A DNA stretch of 61,283 nt, the filler included, from Candidatus Desantisbacteria bacterium CG1_02_49_89 (GTDB lineage: Bacteria > Desantisbacteria > UBA1551), in the NCBI GenBank assembly GCA_001871075.1. It is 4 parts of 4 records of this genome, joined end to end, with 100 filler letters (N's around TTAATTAATTAA, not from the genome) between each part and the next. Parts side by side here need not be neighbours in the genome. Positions count along the whole stretch, not along the records: positions 1 to 20,314 come from MNUP01000061.1; 3 more parts are not named here. One strand, 5' to 3'. Positions 1-9,012 of this stretch are shown piece after piece. How positions within the stretch are numbered: position 1 is the stretch's first letter; each line of letters begins with the position of its first letter. The notes beneath the pieces are model-generated. The model was not told the origin of the DNA, did no database searches, and saw nothing but the letters and a program-made list of their open reading frames with translations. The translations under genes were made by a program, and so were the position numbers.

Positions 1-27
1 AGAAATATTGTAAGGATATGTTCCATA

Positions 28-243
28 ATGCGAAAAATGAGAAGTAATGAGCTCAAGGAATGGCGGGAGAAATGCAGGCGTCAGCTCAAGCGAACCTTGA
101 AAGAGCGGATGGATTATGGATTTGTTTATACCTACAAACCAGTCATAGATGATGCTAAATCTCGAGTATTTGATACGATGGCAGAATATAGAAAATGGTG
201 TAAAAAAAATTTACCTCGATATTTAGGATACAGTAGAAAATGA
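28..243 (+). CDS. small basic hypothetical protein
   Basis: 71-aa ORF whose stop overlaps the next ATG (ATGA coupling); no motif recognised. Confidence 0.6.
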   Translation: MRKMRSNELKEWREKCRRQLKRTLKERMDYGFVYTYKPVIDDAKSRVFDTMAEYRKWCKKNLPRYLGYSRK

Positions 244-965
244 ACAAATCGTTACTTGACAGGATTATTGATTTCTACAGGGAATTTGAGAACGCGAATA
301 TCGCGGGGGTGCTTGCGCGCAAGAGCAGGACCTTCAACAGATTCCTGAACTGGTGGCTGGGCAGGAAAAGAAGGCAGTTCCTTTCTTCAAAGAACAAGGA
401 AGAGCTGAACGAAAAGCTCGTAAGGTTTTACGCGCCGTTTTCGCTCTTTTACATGAACGCAAGGCCGGAAAAATATCTCGGCCAGGACATACTGGGCAGA
501 AGGGATTTCTTTATAAGGCACGCGAAACCGCGTGCGATCGACATCGGCATGCAGGACGGGTATTTCGTGCGCGAGATGAAGAAGAACGGCATTGACGCGG
601 TAGGAACTGACTGCCTCAGGGTCATGGTCGAAATGGCCGCCAGGTCTGACCCCGGCGGCGAATACCGCAGATGCTTTGCGGAGAAGGTTCCTTATCCCGA
701 TAATACGTTCCAGACAGCAATATGTTCACATATTCTGGAGCATGTTCTTAAACCAGAAGATGTTCTAACAGAGGCGCGAAGGATACTGAAGCCCGGCGGC
801 AGGATCATAGTTGTCGTGCCGTTCTTTCTTGACATAGAGCCCACTCATCTGCGGGAATACAATAATAAGGAAAGCCTGGTTGCCGAAGTCGGCAAATTCT
901 TCAGGATAGAGAGCTACCACGAAAAGGTCGGCGAAGGCCATGGTTGCATCGGCATCAAAGAATAA
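240..965 (+). CDS. class I SAM-dependent methyltransferase
   Basis: AIDIGMQDG motif I variant, AEKVPYPDNTFQ, SHILEHV, RILKPGG. Confidence 0.85.
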   Translation: MNKSLLDRIIDFYREFENANIAGVLARKSRTFNRFLNWWLGRKRRQFLSSKNKEELNEKLVRFYAPFSLFYMNARPEKYLGQDILGRRDFFIRHAKPRAIDIGMQDGYFVREMKKNGIDAVGTDCLRVMVEMAARSDPGGEYRRCFAEKVPYPDNTFQTAICSHILEHVLKPEDVLTEARRILKPGGRIIVVVPFFLDIEPTHLREYNNKESLVAEVGKFFRIESYHEKVGEGHGCIGIKE

Positions 966-1011
966 AGCGTGTCAGCGTATCAGAGCAAAAGCAAGGAATA
1001 TTATTGTAACT

Positions 1012-1137
1012 CAGGGCTTTAGCCCTGATATCAAACCTGAAGGTTTGAGTTACACTTCAAAGGTAGTCTCCCGCCCCGATGTCTATCGGGGCGAGGTCTC
1101 GCCCGCTGAAAGACGGGCGGACAGTGAATTCAGTGCC
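1012..1137. repeat. composite REP-like palindromic element (CAGGGCTTTAGCCCTG hairpin plus double-hairpin element); near-identical copy at about 8782-8897
   Basis: agccctgatatcaaacctgaaggtttgagttac...cgccccgatgtcYatcggggcgaggtctcgcccgctgaaagacgggcgga.agtgaattcagtgcc is present at both loci. Confidence 0.85.
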
Positions 1138-1184
1138 CTCAGTGTCAAAATAGTTTTTACACTGTAATCATATTCGGGGGTTCG

Positions 1185-1481
1185 ATGGGATATGAAAAAT
1201 TCATAAAACAGGTGAGCGGGAAGAAAAAGAGCGACTTGATGCTGTTTACGCTGACCACCTGCGGGTGGTGCCAGAAAACAAAGAAACTGCTGAAAGAGCT
1301 GGGCGTGGAATATAAATACGTGGACGTGGACCTGCTTGAAGACAAAGACAAGCAGGAAGCCCAGAAAATAATGACGCGCTGGAACCCCAGGTGTTCTTTC
1401 CCGACCCTGGTTATTAATAACACCAGGGCCATCACTGGTTTCCAGGAAGACCAGCTGAAGGAGCTTGCGGATAATGCGTGA
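1185..1481 (+). CDS. glutaredoxin family protein (NrdH-like)
   Basis: TCGWC redox motif, SFPTLVIN cis-Pro motif, ITGF. Confidence 0.9.
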   Translation: MGYEKFIKQVSGKKKSDLMLFTLTTCGWCQKTKKLLKELGVEYKYVDVDLLEDKDKQEAQKIMTRWNPRCSFPTLVINNTRAITGFQEDQLKELADNA

Positions 1482-1992
1482 TGTCAGCGATAAAGATATA
1501 GATGCTCTCTACGGGATTTTTAAAAAAGACGCGGAGAGCGGCGGGTATTACCTTAATCCCGACACTGGTTTTGCGAAAGAGCTTGTCAGGGGGCTTATTG
1601 CAAATGAAGAAAGATACGGCTATCAGTCCTGTCCCTGCAGGCTTGCTTCGGGTATTAAAGAGGAAGATCTGGATATAATATGCCCCTGTGATTACAGGGA
1701 CGAGGACATTGGGGAATACGGCGCGTGTTACTGCGCGCTTTATGTTTCCGGGGAGATCGCTGAAGGCAAAAAGAGCGCCGGTTCAATCCCGGAGCGCAGG
1801 CCGGCTGCAGAACAAAGAAAGAAAATGAAAACGGAAAAAGAAACAGGCAGGATTGAAAATGGCGGCAAGCTTTCTTTGCCTTTACCGGTGTGGAGGTGCA
1901 AGGTGTGCGGCTACCTGTGCGCCAGGACAGAACCGCCGGAGATCTGCCCTGTCTGTAAGGTAAAAAAAGACCGCTTTGAGCGATTCCTTTAA
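1474..1992 (+). CDS. ferredoxin:thioredoxin reductase catalytic-subunit domain fused to a C-terminal rubredoxin-like domain
   Basis: CPCR, CPC and CYC motifs of FTR-c, then WRCKVCGY...CPVC; ATG at 1474 overlaps the glutaredoxin end. Confidence 0.88.
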   Translation: MRDVSDKDIDALYGIFKKDAESGGYYLNPDTGFAKELVRGLIANEERYGYQSCPCRLASGIKEEDLDIICPCDYRDEDIGEYGACYCALYVSGEIAEGKKSAGSIPERRPAAEQRKKMKTEKETGRIENGGKLSLPLPVWRCKVCGYLCARTEPPEICPVCKVKKDRFERFL

Positions 1993-2007
1993 CCCAATGC
2001 AAAATAC

Positions 2008-2057
2008 AGTTTATATAGTTTACAGAGTTTACAAAGTTTATATAGTTTACAGAGTTG
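2008..2057. repeat. 9-mer tandem repeat tract (GTTTAYAnA)
   Basis: gtttatata gtttacaga gtttacaaa gtttatata gtttacaga; similar 9-mer tracts at about 24500-24560 and 28018-28080. Confidence 0.8.
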
Positions 2058-2192
2058 AAATCCGTGCCGTAGCCCGCCACGAATATTGGCGGGCGAAGGT
2101 CCCTGCGCTAAGCTGCGCAGCAGCTGCAGGGGGCACTTTCGTGTCCCGAAGGGATCCCTTTGGGACTTTCGTGGAAATCTTTGGAGGAGGTT

Positions 2193-3890
2193 ATGCGTAA
2201 GTATAGTATCGGGCTGGACTTCGGGACGAACTCGGTAAGGGCGCTTCTGGTTGACGTCTCTGACGGCAGCGAAATAGCCACCCATGTCCACGGTTACGGA
2301 TCCGGGGACGCCGGCATTATAACCGACCCGAAGGACGCCAACCTTGCGAGGCAGAATCCGGCTGACTGGATAAAGGGAATAGAGGTTTCGGCAAGGAACG
2401 TGCTCGCGCAGGCGAAAAAAAAGAAAGGTTTCAGGCCTGATGACGTGATCGGCATAGGGGTTGACACGACCGGAAGTACGCCGGTGCCTGTTGATAAAAG
2501 CGGCACCCCGCTTTCGTTTAATAAGGAGTTCAGGAGCAATAAGAACGCGCTTGCGTGGCTATGGAAGGACCACACCGGCATTGCGGAGGCGGAGGAAATA
2601 ACCGCGCTTGCCGCAAAAGAGCATCCCGAATACCTGGCGAAATGCGGCGGCACTTATTCCTCCGAGTGGTTTTTCTCGAAAATACTCCACTGCATCCGCG
2701 TGGACCCGAAGGTGTTTGACGCGGCTTTTTCCTGGGTTGAGTTCGCGGATTACATCCCGGGAAAGCTGACAGGCATAACAGATCCTTTGAAGATGAAACG
2801 CAGCGTCTGCGCTGCGGGCCACAAGGCAATGTACAACGAGGGATGGCAGGGCCTGCCATCCGCTGATTTCCTGGCGAAGCTTGATCCGAAGCTGGGGGAG
2901 CTGAGGAAGAACAGGCTTTACGCGAAAGCGCGCACATCGGATATTTCAGCGGGAAAGCTCAGCCTTGAATGGGCTAAAAAACTGGGCCTGCCCGAAGGTA
3001 TTGCGGTCACGGTCGGGGCTTTTGACGCGCACATGGGCGCGGTAGGCGCTGGAATAAGGCCGGGCGTTCTCTCGAAGATCATCGGCACATCCACCTGCGA
3101 CATGATGGTTGTCCCGCATTCAGAAAAGCTTGCGGATATCCCCGGCCTTTGCGGCATTGTTGACGGTTCGATACTGCCCGGGTATTTCGGGCTTGAAGCT
3201 GGCCAGTCCGCTGTTGGCGACATATTCAACTGGTTTGTCAGTAAAAGCGTGCCGGATGCGTACCAGAAAGAAGCCAGTAAGAAGGGCCTGGATGTCCACG
3301 CGCTTCTCACAAAGAAAGCGGCAAAGTTAAGGCCGGGGGAAAGCGGGCTGCTCGCCCTTGACTGGAACAACGGCAACCGTACCATTCTGGTAGACGCGCG
3401 GCTGACAGGCCTGATGCTGGGCCAGACACTTCACACAAGCGCTGAAGAGATGTACCGCGCCCTGATCGAGGCAACGGGTTTCGGCGCGAAGGTGATAATA
3501 AACCGTTTTGAGGAATACGGCGTCAAAGTAAATGAGGTAGTGAACTGCGGGGGTATAGCCGAAAAGAATCCTCTCCTCATGCAGATCTACGCCGATATAT
3601 TCGGCAGGCCCATGAAGATCTCAAGGAGCGCCCAGACCTGCGCGCTTGGCGCCGCGATATTCGCGGCTGTCGCTGGCGGAGCCTACGGGAGAACCGAGGA
3701 CGCGCAGAAAGCGATGTGCGGGCTTAAAAAAACAGTTTATACGCCGGATGCCGGGAACCGGATGGTATATGAAAAGCTTTTCGGCCTTTACAGGCAGCTG
3801 CACGACGCTTTCGGCGTGAAAGAATATTCGGGCGGTCTTTCGCACGTCATGAAAGAGCTGCTTTCCATAAAAACAGAAGTTAAACGTTAA
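2193..3890 (+). CDS. araB: ribulokinase (FGGY family)
   Basis: IGLDFGTNSVRA, GIGVDTTGST, LWKDHT, YSSEWF, AAGHKAM, LEAGQSAVGD, LDWNNGNRT; GGAGG RBS before ATG 2193. Confidence 0.9.
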   Translation: MRKYSIGLDFGTNSVRALLVDVSDGSEIATHVHGYGSGDAGIITDPKDANLARQNPADWIKGIEVSARNVLAQAKKKKGFRPDDVIGIGVDTTGSTPVPVDKSGTPLSFNKEFRSNKNALAWLWKDHTGIAEAEEITALAAKEHPEYLAKCGGTYSSEWFFSKILHCIRVDPKVFDAAFSWVEFADYIPGKLTGITDPLKMKRSVCAAGHKAMYNEGWQGLPSADFLAKLDPKLGELRKNRLYAKARTSDISAGKLSLEWAKKLGLPEGIAVTVGAFDAHMGAVGAGIRPGVLSKIIGTSTCDMMVVPHSEKLADIPGLCGIVDGSILPGYFGLEAGQSAVGDIFNWFVSKSVPDAYQKEASKKGLDVHALLTKKAAKLRPGESGLLALDWNNGNRTILVDARLTGLMLGQTLHTSAEEMYRALIEATGFGAKVIINRFEEYGVKVNEVVNCGGIAEKNPLLMQIYADIFGRPMKISRSAQTCALGAAIFAAVAGGAYGRTEDAQKAMCGLKKTVYTPDAGNRMVYEKLFGLYRQLHDAFGVKEYSGGLSHVMKELLSIKTEVKR

Positions 3891-3895
3891 AAGAT

Positions 3896-3975
3896 TTCCA
3901 CGAAATCACTCTGCCCGTCTTTCAGCGGGCGAGACTTCGCCCACCTGAAAGGATGGGCGAGGAAACCACGAAAAA
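3896..3975. repeat. double-hairpin REP-like element in a CCACGAAA tract; near-identical copy at about 59345-59425
   Basis: tttccacgaaatcactcYgcccgtctttcagcgggcgagacttcgcccacct....ggatgggcgaggaaa.cacgaaaaa at both sites. Confidence 0.85.
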
Positions 3976-4206
3976 GGCTTTTTACAGGGATCTTCGAAAG
4001 AGATTTAAATTCCGTCTTACGTCGTAAGTCGTACGTCGTTCGCAAATGATTTTAATAACACGTAAGACGCTCGACGCATGACGCACGACGGTATTATTCA
4101 TCCCGCTGAATCCCTGTTAAAATGTTTAGGATTTTACCCGTAATCATTTTTAAATAATCACTGCAATCTCTTTTAAAATCACTGTAATCAAAAAAAAGGA
4201 GGAAAA

Positions 4207-4500
4207 GTGATCCTGCTTTGGCCTGTGATTATGCTGTTGCTGGGTATTAAAAAACTGATACTGTTGCTTGTCAGCCTGCACTCCTGGATAGTGTGCCTGA
4301 TAGCGATATTGATGCTTATGTCCGTGCTTATGTGGGACTTCAAGAAGAAAGGGAGGCATCTTTCATATAACCTTGATTCACCGTTTGAACCAAGCCTTAT
4401 GCCCGGTATCTGGGCAATAACATCCGTTGTCATACCTGAAATAAGGGATATAGAGCTTCCGTCCGGGACGTATAAGGTGGGTAAGGTGTGCTGGAACTGA
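4207..4500 (+). CDS. possible small membrane protein
   Basis: AGGAGG RBS before GTG and a hydrophobic N-terminal half; no family recognised. Confidence 0.35.
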   Translation: MILLWPVIMLLLGIKKLILLLVSLHSWIVCLIAILMLMSVLMWDFKKKGRHLSYNLDSPFEPSLMPGIWAITSVVIPEIRDIELPSGTYKVGKVCWN

Positions 4501-4606
4501 TTTTGGTTTGCTGGTCAGTCAGTTTGCTGGTTTCCTGGTTTATAATATAAAATTCCTTTAACCAGCTGACCGATAAACCAGCTAACCAGCTAACACGGGA
4601 GTATTT

Positions 4607-5677
4607 GTGTTATACAAAGAAGACTGGGAACAGGCCCAAAAAAGGTTTAAAGCCCTATGGAAGCGCGAGATCATAGACAGGGTGGCGGTGCAGGTTACCG
4701 CGCCCAGGAAAGACTCTGCCGGTTCGTCCAGCTGGGATGGGTGGATGCTTATGAGGGAGCGCGATAATCCCGAAATCGCGATCGCCGAATTTGAAAAATA
4801 TTGCGCCATGACGTATTTCGGCGGCGAGGCTTTCCCGCAACTCTGGATCAACTTCGGCCCCGGGTTCATGGCAACCTATATCGGGGCGGAGCCGAAATTC
4901 GCACCTGACACGGTCTGGTTTGAAACACCCAAGGAATGGCAAGAGCTTAAGGATGTAAGGTTTGACGCGGAAAACAAATGGTGGAAACTGACAAAGAAAT
5001 GCACTGAGCTTTCTTCCGCCGCGGGAAAAGGCAAGTGGATAACCGGAACAACAGACCTGGGCGGACCGCTGGATATAGCCGCATCCCTGAGGGGCACGCA
5101 GGCGCTCCTGCTTGACCTTGTTGAATGCCCGGACAGGGTCAAGGCCCTCACCAAAAATATCAACAGTCTGTGGGCTGATTATTACAACGGGTTTTTTGAG
5201 ATCACTAAGAAGAACGGCATGGAAGGGACCGGGGCGTGGATGGGCCTGTGGTCGCCCCGTAAGTGGTATCCGTTCCAATGCGATTTTTCCGCGATGATCT
5301 CCCCCGAGATGTTTAAGGAATTCGTTGTTCCCGACTTGCTGGAACAGTGCAGGTATCTGGATAATCCAATATACCACTGGGACGGGCCCGGGCAGATACC
5401 CCACCTTGACCTGTTGCTTGACATACCAAAGCTTGACGGCATACAGTGGGTCCCCGGCGCGGGCCAGCCCGGATGCGAATCGCGGAAGTGGTTCCCTCTT
5501 TACAAGCGGATCCAGGAAAAAAAGAAAATGCTCATACTTGGCGGGATCCCGCCCAATAACATAGAGGAGCTTCTGAAGGAAATTTCTCCGAAGGGCCTTT
5601 TGATCAGCACCTGGGCTGCTTCCGAGGACGAGGCGAAGGACCTGCTGAGCAAGGCTGCGAAGTGGTCCGCGCGTTAG
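4607..5677 (+). CDS. uroporphyrinogen decarboxylase/MtaA-CmuA-like TIM-barrel protein
   Basis: NFGPG, QCDFSAMISPEMFKEFVVP, YHWDGPG, IQWVPGAG. Confidence 0.75.
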   Translation: MLYKEDWEQAQKRFKALWKREIIDRVAVQVTAPRKDSAGSSSWDGWMLMRERDNPEIAIAEFEKYCAMTYFGGEAFPQLWINFGPGFMATYIGAEPKFAPDTVWFETPKEWQELKDVRFDAENKWWKLTKKCTELSSAAGKGKWITGTTDLGGPLDIAASLRGTQALLLDLVECPDRVKALTKNINSLWADYYNGFFEITKKNGMEGTGAWMGLWSPRKWYPFQCDFSAMISPEMFKEFVVPDLLEQCRYLDNPIYHWDGPGQIPHLDLLLDIPKLDGIQWVPGAGQPGCESRKWFPLYKRIQEKKKMLILGGIPPNNIEELLKEISPKGLLISTWAASEDEAKDLLSKAAKWSAR

Positions 5678-5783
5678 CGCGGCTAGCGCCGCAAGTTTCA
5701 CAGTTTCGCGGCTTGAAGGTTTCGCAGTTAAAAATTTGCAATTTGCAATTTGAGATTTGAGATTTGCAATATAAGGGAGAAAA

Positions 5784-6551
5784 ATGATCCACAAGACGGC
5801 AATAATACATCCTAAGGCGGAACTGGGCAAGGATTGCGACATAGGCCCTTACGTTATCATAGGCGAACACGTAAAAATGGGCAAGGGCGTCCAGGTTATG
5901 CCGCACGCGGTTATCGACGGCTGGACCACCATCGGGGAGGGATGCAAAATATTTCCCCACGCCGTCATAGGCATGATCACGCAGGACCGTAAATACAAGG
6001 GCGGCAGAAGTTACGTGATAATAGGGAAAAACACGACGCTGAGGGAATTTGTGACAATCCACATGGCAACGCCGGAAGAGGGAAAGACCGTTGTCGGGGA
6101 TAACTGCCTTTTGCTTGCCTACTGCCACGTCGCGCACGAATGCATCCTGGGGAACGGCATTATAATGTCGAATGCCGTGAACCTCGGGGGCCACGTGGTC
6201 GTTCAGGACAACGCGATAATCGGAGGCATGACAGGCGTGCATCAGTTCTGCCGCGTCGGTAAGTATTCGTTTACCGGCGCTTGCTCTAAGATCTCCCAGG
6301 ATGTCCCGCCCTATATGCTCGGTGAGGGCAACCCGCTCAAGATCTACAGCCCGAACGTGGTGGGGCTTGAGCGAAATAACTTCTCTGACGAAACCAGGGA
6401 CGCGCTTAAGAAAGCGTACAAGCTCCTCTATATTTCGGGCCTGAACGTTTCCCAGGCAATCGAGAAGATAAAACAGGACCTGCCTCAGATACAGGAAATA
6501 CAGGAACTGCTTACTTTTATAGCGGAGAGCGAGCGGGGAATTACCAAATGA
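5784..6551 (+). CDS. lpxA: UDP-N-acetylglucosamine O-acyltransferase
   Basis: hexapeptide repeats, QDRKYKG, REFVTIH, HVAHEC, VHQFCRVG, QDVPPY, NVVGLERN. Confidence 0.95.
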   Translation: MIHKTAIIHPKAELGKDCDIGPYVIIGEHVKMGKGVQVMPHAVIDGWTTIGEGCKIFPHAVIGMITQDRKYKGGRSYVIIGKNTTLREFVTIHMATPEEGKTVVGDNCLLLAYCHVAHECILGNGIIMSNAVNLGGHVVVQDNAIIGGMTGVHQFCRVGKYSFTGACSKISQDVPPYMLGEGNPLKIYSPNVVGLERNNFSDETRDALKKAYKLLYISGLNVSQAIEKIKQDLPQIQEIQELLTFIAESERGITK

Positions 6552-7354
6552 CCGATTGGATAATTAGTAAGATCCCAGTTTCATTAAAAATTATTTTAGT
6601 TTGTTCGGTAATCCTGCTATGGACTATGGTCTATGGACCATGGACTAGTAGCTTTGCGCAGCAAAGCTACTACTTCGGCTACAAGCTTTCCTTCTACAAT
6701 CTGTTCTCGCCGCAAATGTACGCTTTCCGCCGGGCCCACCAGTTCACGGTCGGCTGCGAAGGCACATATCTCCCCAGCCCCGCGGTTTTCAACATTGAAG
6801 CCCAGTATAACTGGATCGACGAAGTGAACGGGAAGGTTTCTTCCCACAACCTGACTGCCTGGGTCATGAGCATCAGCGGGATATCAAATGGCACAGACAC
6901 CGTGAAGATGCAGTTCAGGCGCTTCGTGAACCTTGTGAACCATGAGCTGGATAACAGCTGCGTCTCGCTCGAATACCAGAAGATCTTTACGGCAGGTTGC
7001 GACAACCTGTTCGCCAGGGTTCGGGCAGGCGCCGGTTTCTCCGGGAAACTTCTGCCTTTATACGGGGCGAATTTGCAGTACCAGCCTTCGTCCAATTCGT
7101 CAATCAATGTCAACCTGAACTGGCTTGAGGACGGTGAGGATAACCCCGAGTTTGTTTTTAAGCTGCCGGTTTCAGCCGGCATTGAAGGCAGGTTCAGGTC
7201 GCAGGATACATATCTGGGATGGCAGCCTGCCGGGGACGGCATAGGCGCTGAATTCGTCTGGGATCCTTTGAAAACGAATATGATGACCAGCAGTGAGGGC
7301 AAAATAACGCACTACTGGCTCAAAGGCTACGTCGGCAACCGCTTTCTTTTTTAA
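6548..7354 (+). CDS. exported, probably outer-membrane hypothetical protein
   Basis: signal-peptide-like N-terminus, amphipathic beta-like segments, C-terminal Phe; coupled to lpxA. Confidence 0.6.
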   Translation: MTDWIISKIPVSLKIILVCSVILLWTMVYGPWTSSFAQQSYYFGYKLSFYNLFSPQMYAFRRAHQFTVGCEGTYLPSPAVFNIEAQYNWIDEVNGKVSSHNLTAWVMSISGISNGTDTVKMQFRRFVNLVNHELDNSCVSLEYQKIFTAGCDNLFARVRAGAGFSGKLLPLYGANLQYQPSSNSSINVNLNWLEDGEDNPEFVFKLPVSAGIEGRFRSQDTYLGWQPAGDGIGAEFVWDPLKTNMMTSSEGKITHYWLKGYVGNRFLF

Positions 7355-7794
7355 GGCGTATCAACGTGTCAGCGTATCAACGTGTCAGAGCAACAACAAG
7401 GATTTTTATTGCCCGCCCCTTTGGGGCGAGGTCTCGCCCCGATGGACATCGGGGCGGATAACTCAGGGCTTTAGCCCTGATTCAAATAAGCTCCTTCATT
7501 TTTAATTTTGTTCCGAAGGAATCCCTTTGGGACATTTTGCATTTTTAATTAAGACTATGGACAATGATCGCCACTACGGCGACCCGCCGAAGGGGCGAGC
7601 GCTGGTCTTGAAAGAAGAAATGTTTAATTGAATTAAATGTTGTAAAATCAGAGGTTTTTGAGGATTAGGGCCAGACTTCGGTTTTTGCAGACTTTCACAC
7701 AGTTTCATAGAGTTTCTCGGGTTTTCATTTACTGTGTCAGTAAGACCAGGAGTCTCTGCAGAAAAGGTGGTTTAGGATCAAATGAGGCAGATTA

Positions 7795-8361
7795 ATGTTT
7801 AAAAGAAGACTAATAGTATTTGGTATATTTTCAATATTGTTGGGTTCATTGATATTAAGTGGGTGCACTCAGAATATCAAATATGGATTTATGATTCCCC
7901 AAAAACAGTTTTTTCAAATAGTAAAAACTGTTGCGGTCATCCCTATTTTATTTAATTATTATGAAAATGCGATGATAGTACAAGAAGGATCACAAATAAC
8001 CCAAGATTGTATTCTTGAAGAATTAAAAAAAATTGGCATATTTAATATTCTTCCCCTTGAGAATACACGGGATTTATGGAAAAAAACTTTAAAAGAAACG
8101 CACATGGAAAAATTTTCTAATAATACAATGAGTAAGTTTGATAGGGAGGAATTCAACAATTGTATAAAATATTTTTTAGCAAATGCTAAAGTAGATGCAG
8201 GGTTATTAGTAACTTACAGTATAGAAGATGGAAAAGGAACATATTGGGCTTGGAAGTGGTATGCAGGAATCATGTATATGGCACCTTTTTTTACGGAAAA
8301 CGAACGTACAATTCCAGTGCTAACATTGTTTGCAGAGGAATTCTGGGGACACAATACTTAA
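7795..8361 (+). CDS. AT-rich putative lipoprotein, possibly C-terminally truncated
   Basis: lipobox LSGC after a hydrophobic signal; visibly lower GC than flanks; ends inside a GGGGACA repeat motif. Confidence 0.6.
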   Translation: MFKRRLIVFGIFSILLGSLILSGCTQNIKYGFMIPQKQFFQIVKTVAVIPILFNYYENAMIVQEGSQITQDCILEELKKIGIFNILPLENTRDLWKKTLKETHMEKFSNNTMSKFDREEFNNCIKYFLANAKVDAGLLVTYSIEDGKGTYWAWKWYAGIMYMAPFFTENERTIPVLTLFAEEFWGHNT

Positions 8362-9012
8362 TTATGATATGAAGATTTGTTAATATCACCGTGCCTCCAC
8401 GGCAGGTGAGGTAGTAGGGTTGCCGACCTGTCCGCCGAAGTGGCGGAAGTGGCAACCCTCTAATGAAATAATTATATAAGGTAATGATGGTGTGGTCGCC
8501 CCTTCGGCGACCAGCCGTCGAGGCTGGAGAGGTGGCCTGTCTGACGAAATTTCAATGTAGTCAGGCCGAGTGTCATACTACACTCTCTCTGGGTAGATTC
8601 GGGGGAGAAAGTCGAGTTTCGTAAGATAAAGCTGATGGTGCTGGTCTTGAAAGCCAGTGCTATGAAGGCTATTGAGCGAATCTTTTGTATATAATGATAA
8701 CTCAGGGCTTTTCGAATACCCGCCTCCGCCTTAAGAATTGGCGGATGCGCCAATATTTAAGGTGCAAATCTTTAAGGAGGGAGCCCTGATATCAAACCTG
8801 AAGGTTTGAGTTACATCAAAGGTAGTCTCCCGCCCCGATGTCCATCGGGGCGAGGTCTCGCCCGCTGAAAGACGGGCGGATAGTGAATTCAGTGCCACAG
8901 GGATCATCAGCTAAGTTCTGATCCGAAGGTCCTTGCGTTATAGCTCCAGTTTCATCGGAGCTGCAGGGGCACTCAGTGGCAAAATGTATCTTTTTGCGAT
9001 AGGCGATAGGCG

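Noticed and set aside
940-1167. Small ORFs over intergenic repeats (also 1976-2291, 24318-24592, 49419-49783, 57004-57204)
   Set aside because: Translations of REP-like and tandem repeats such as VYIVYRVYKV, LKRLKR and PPNPPF
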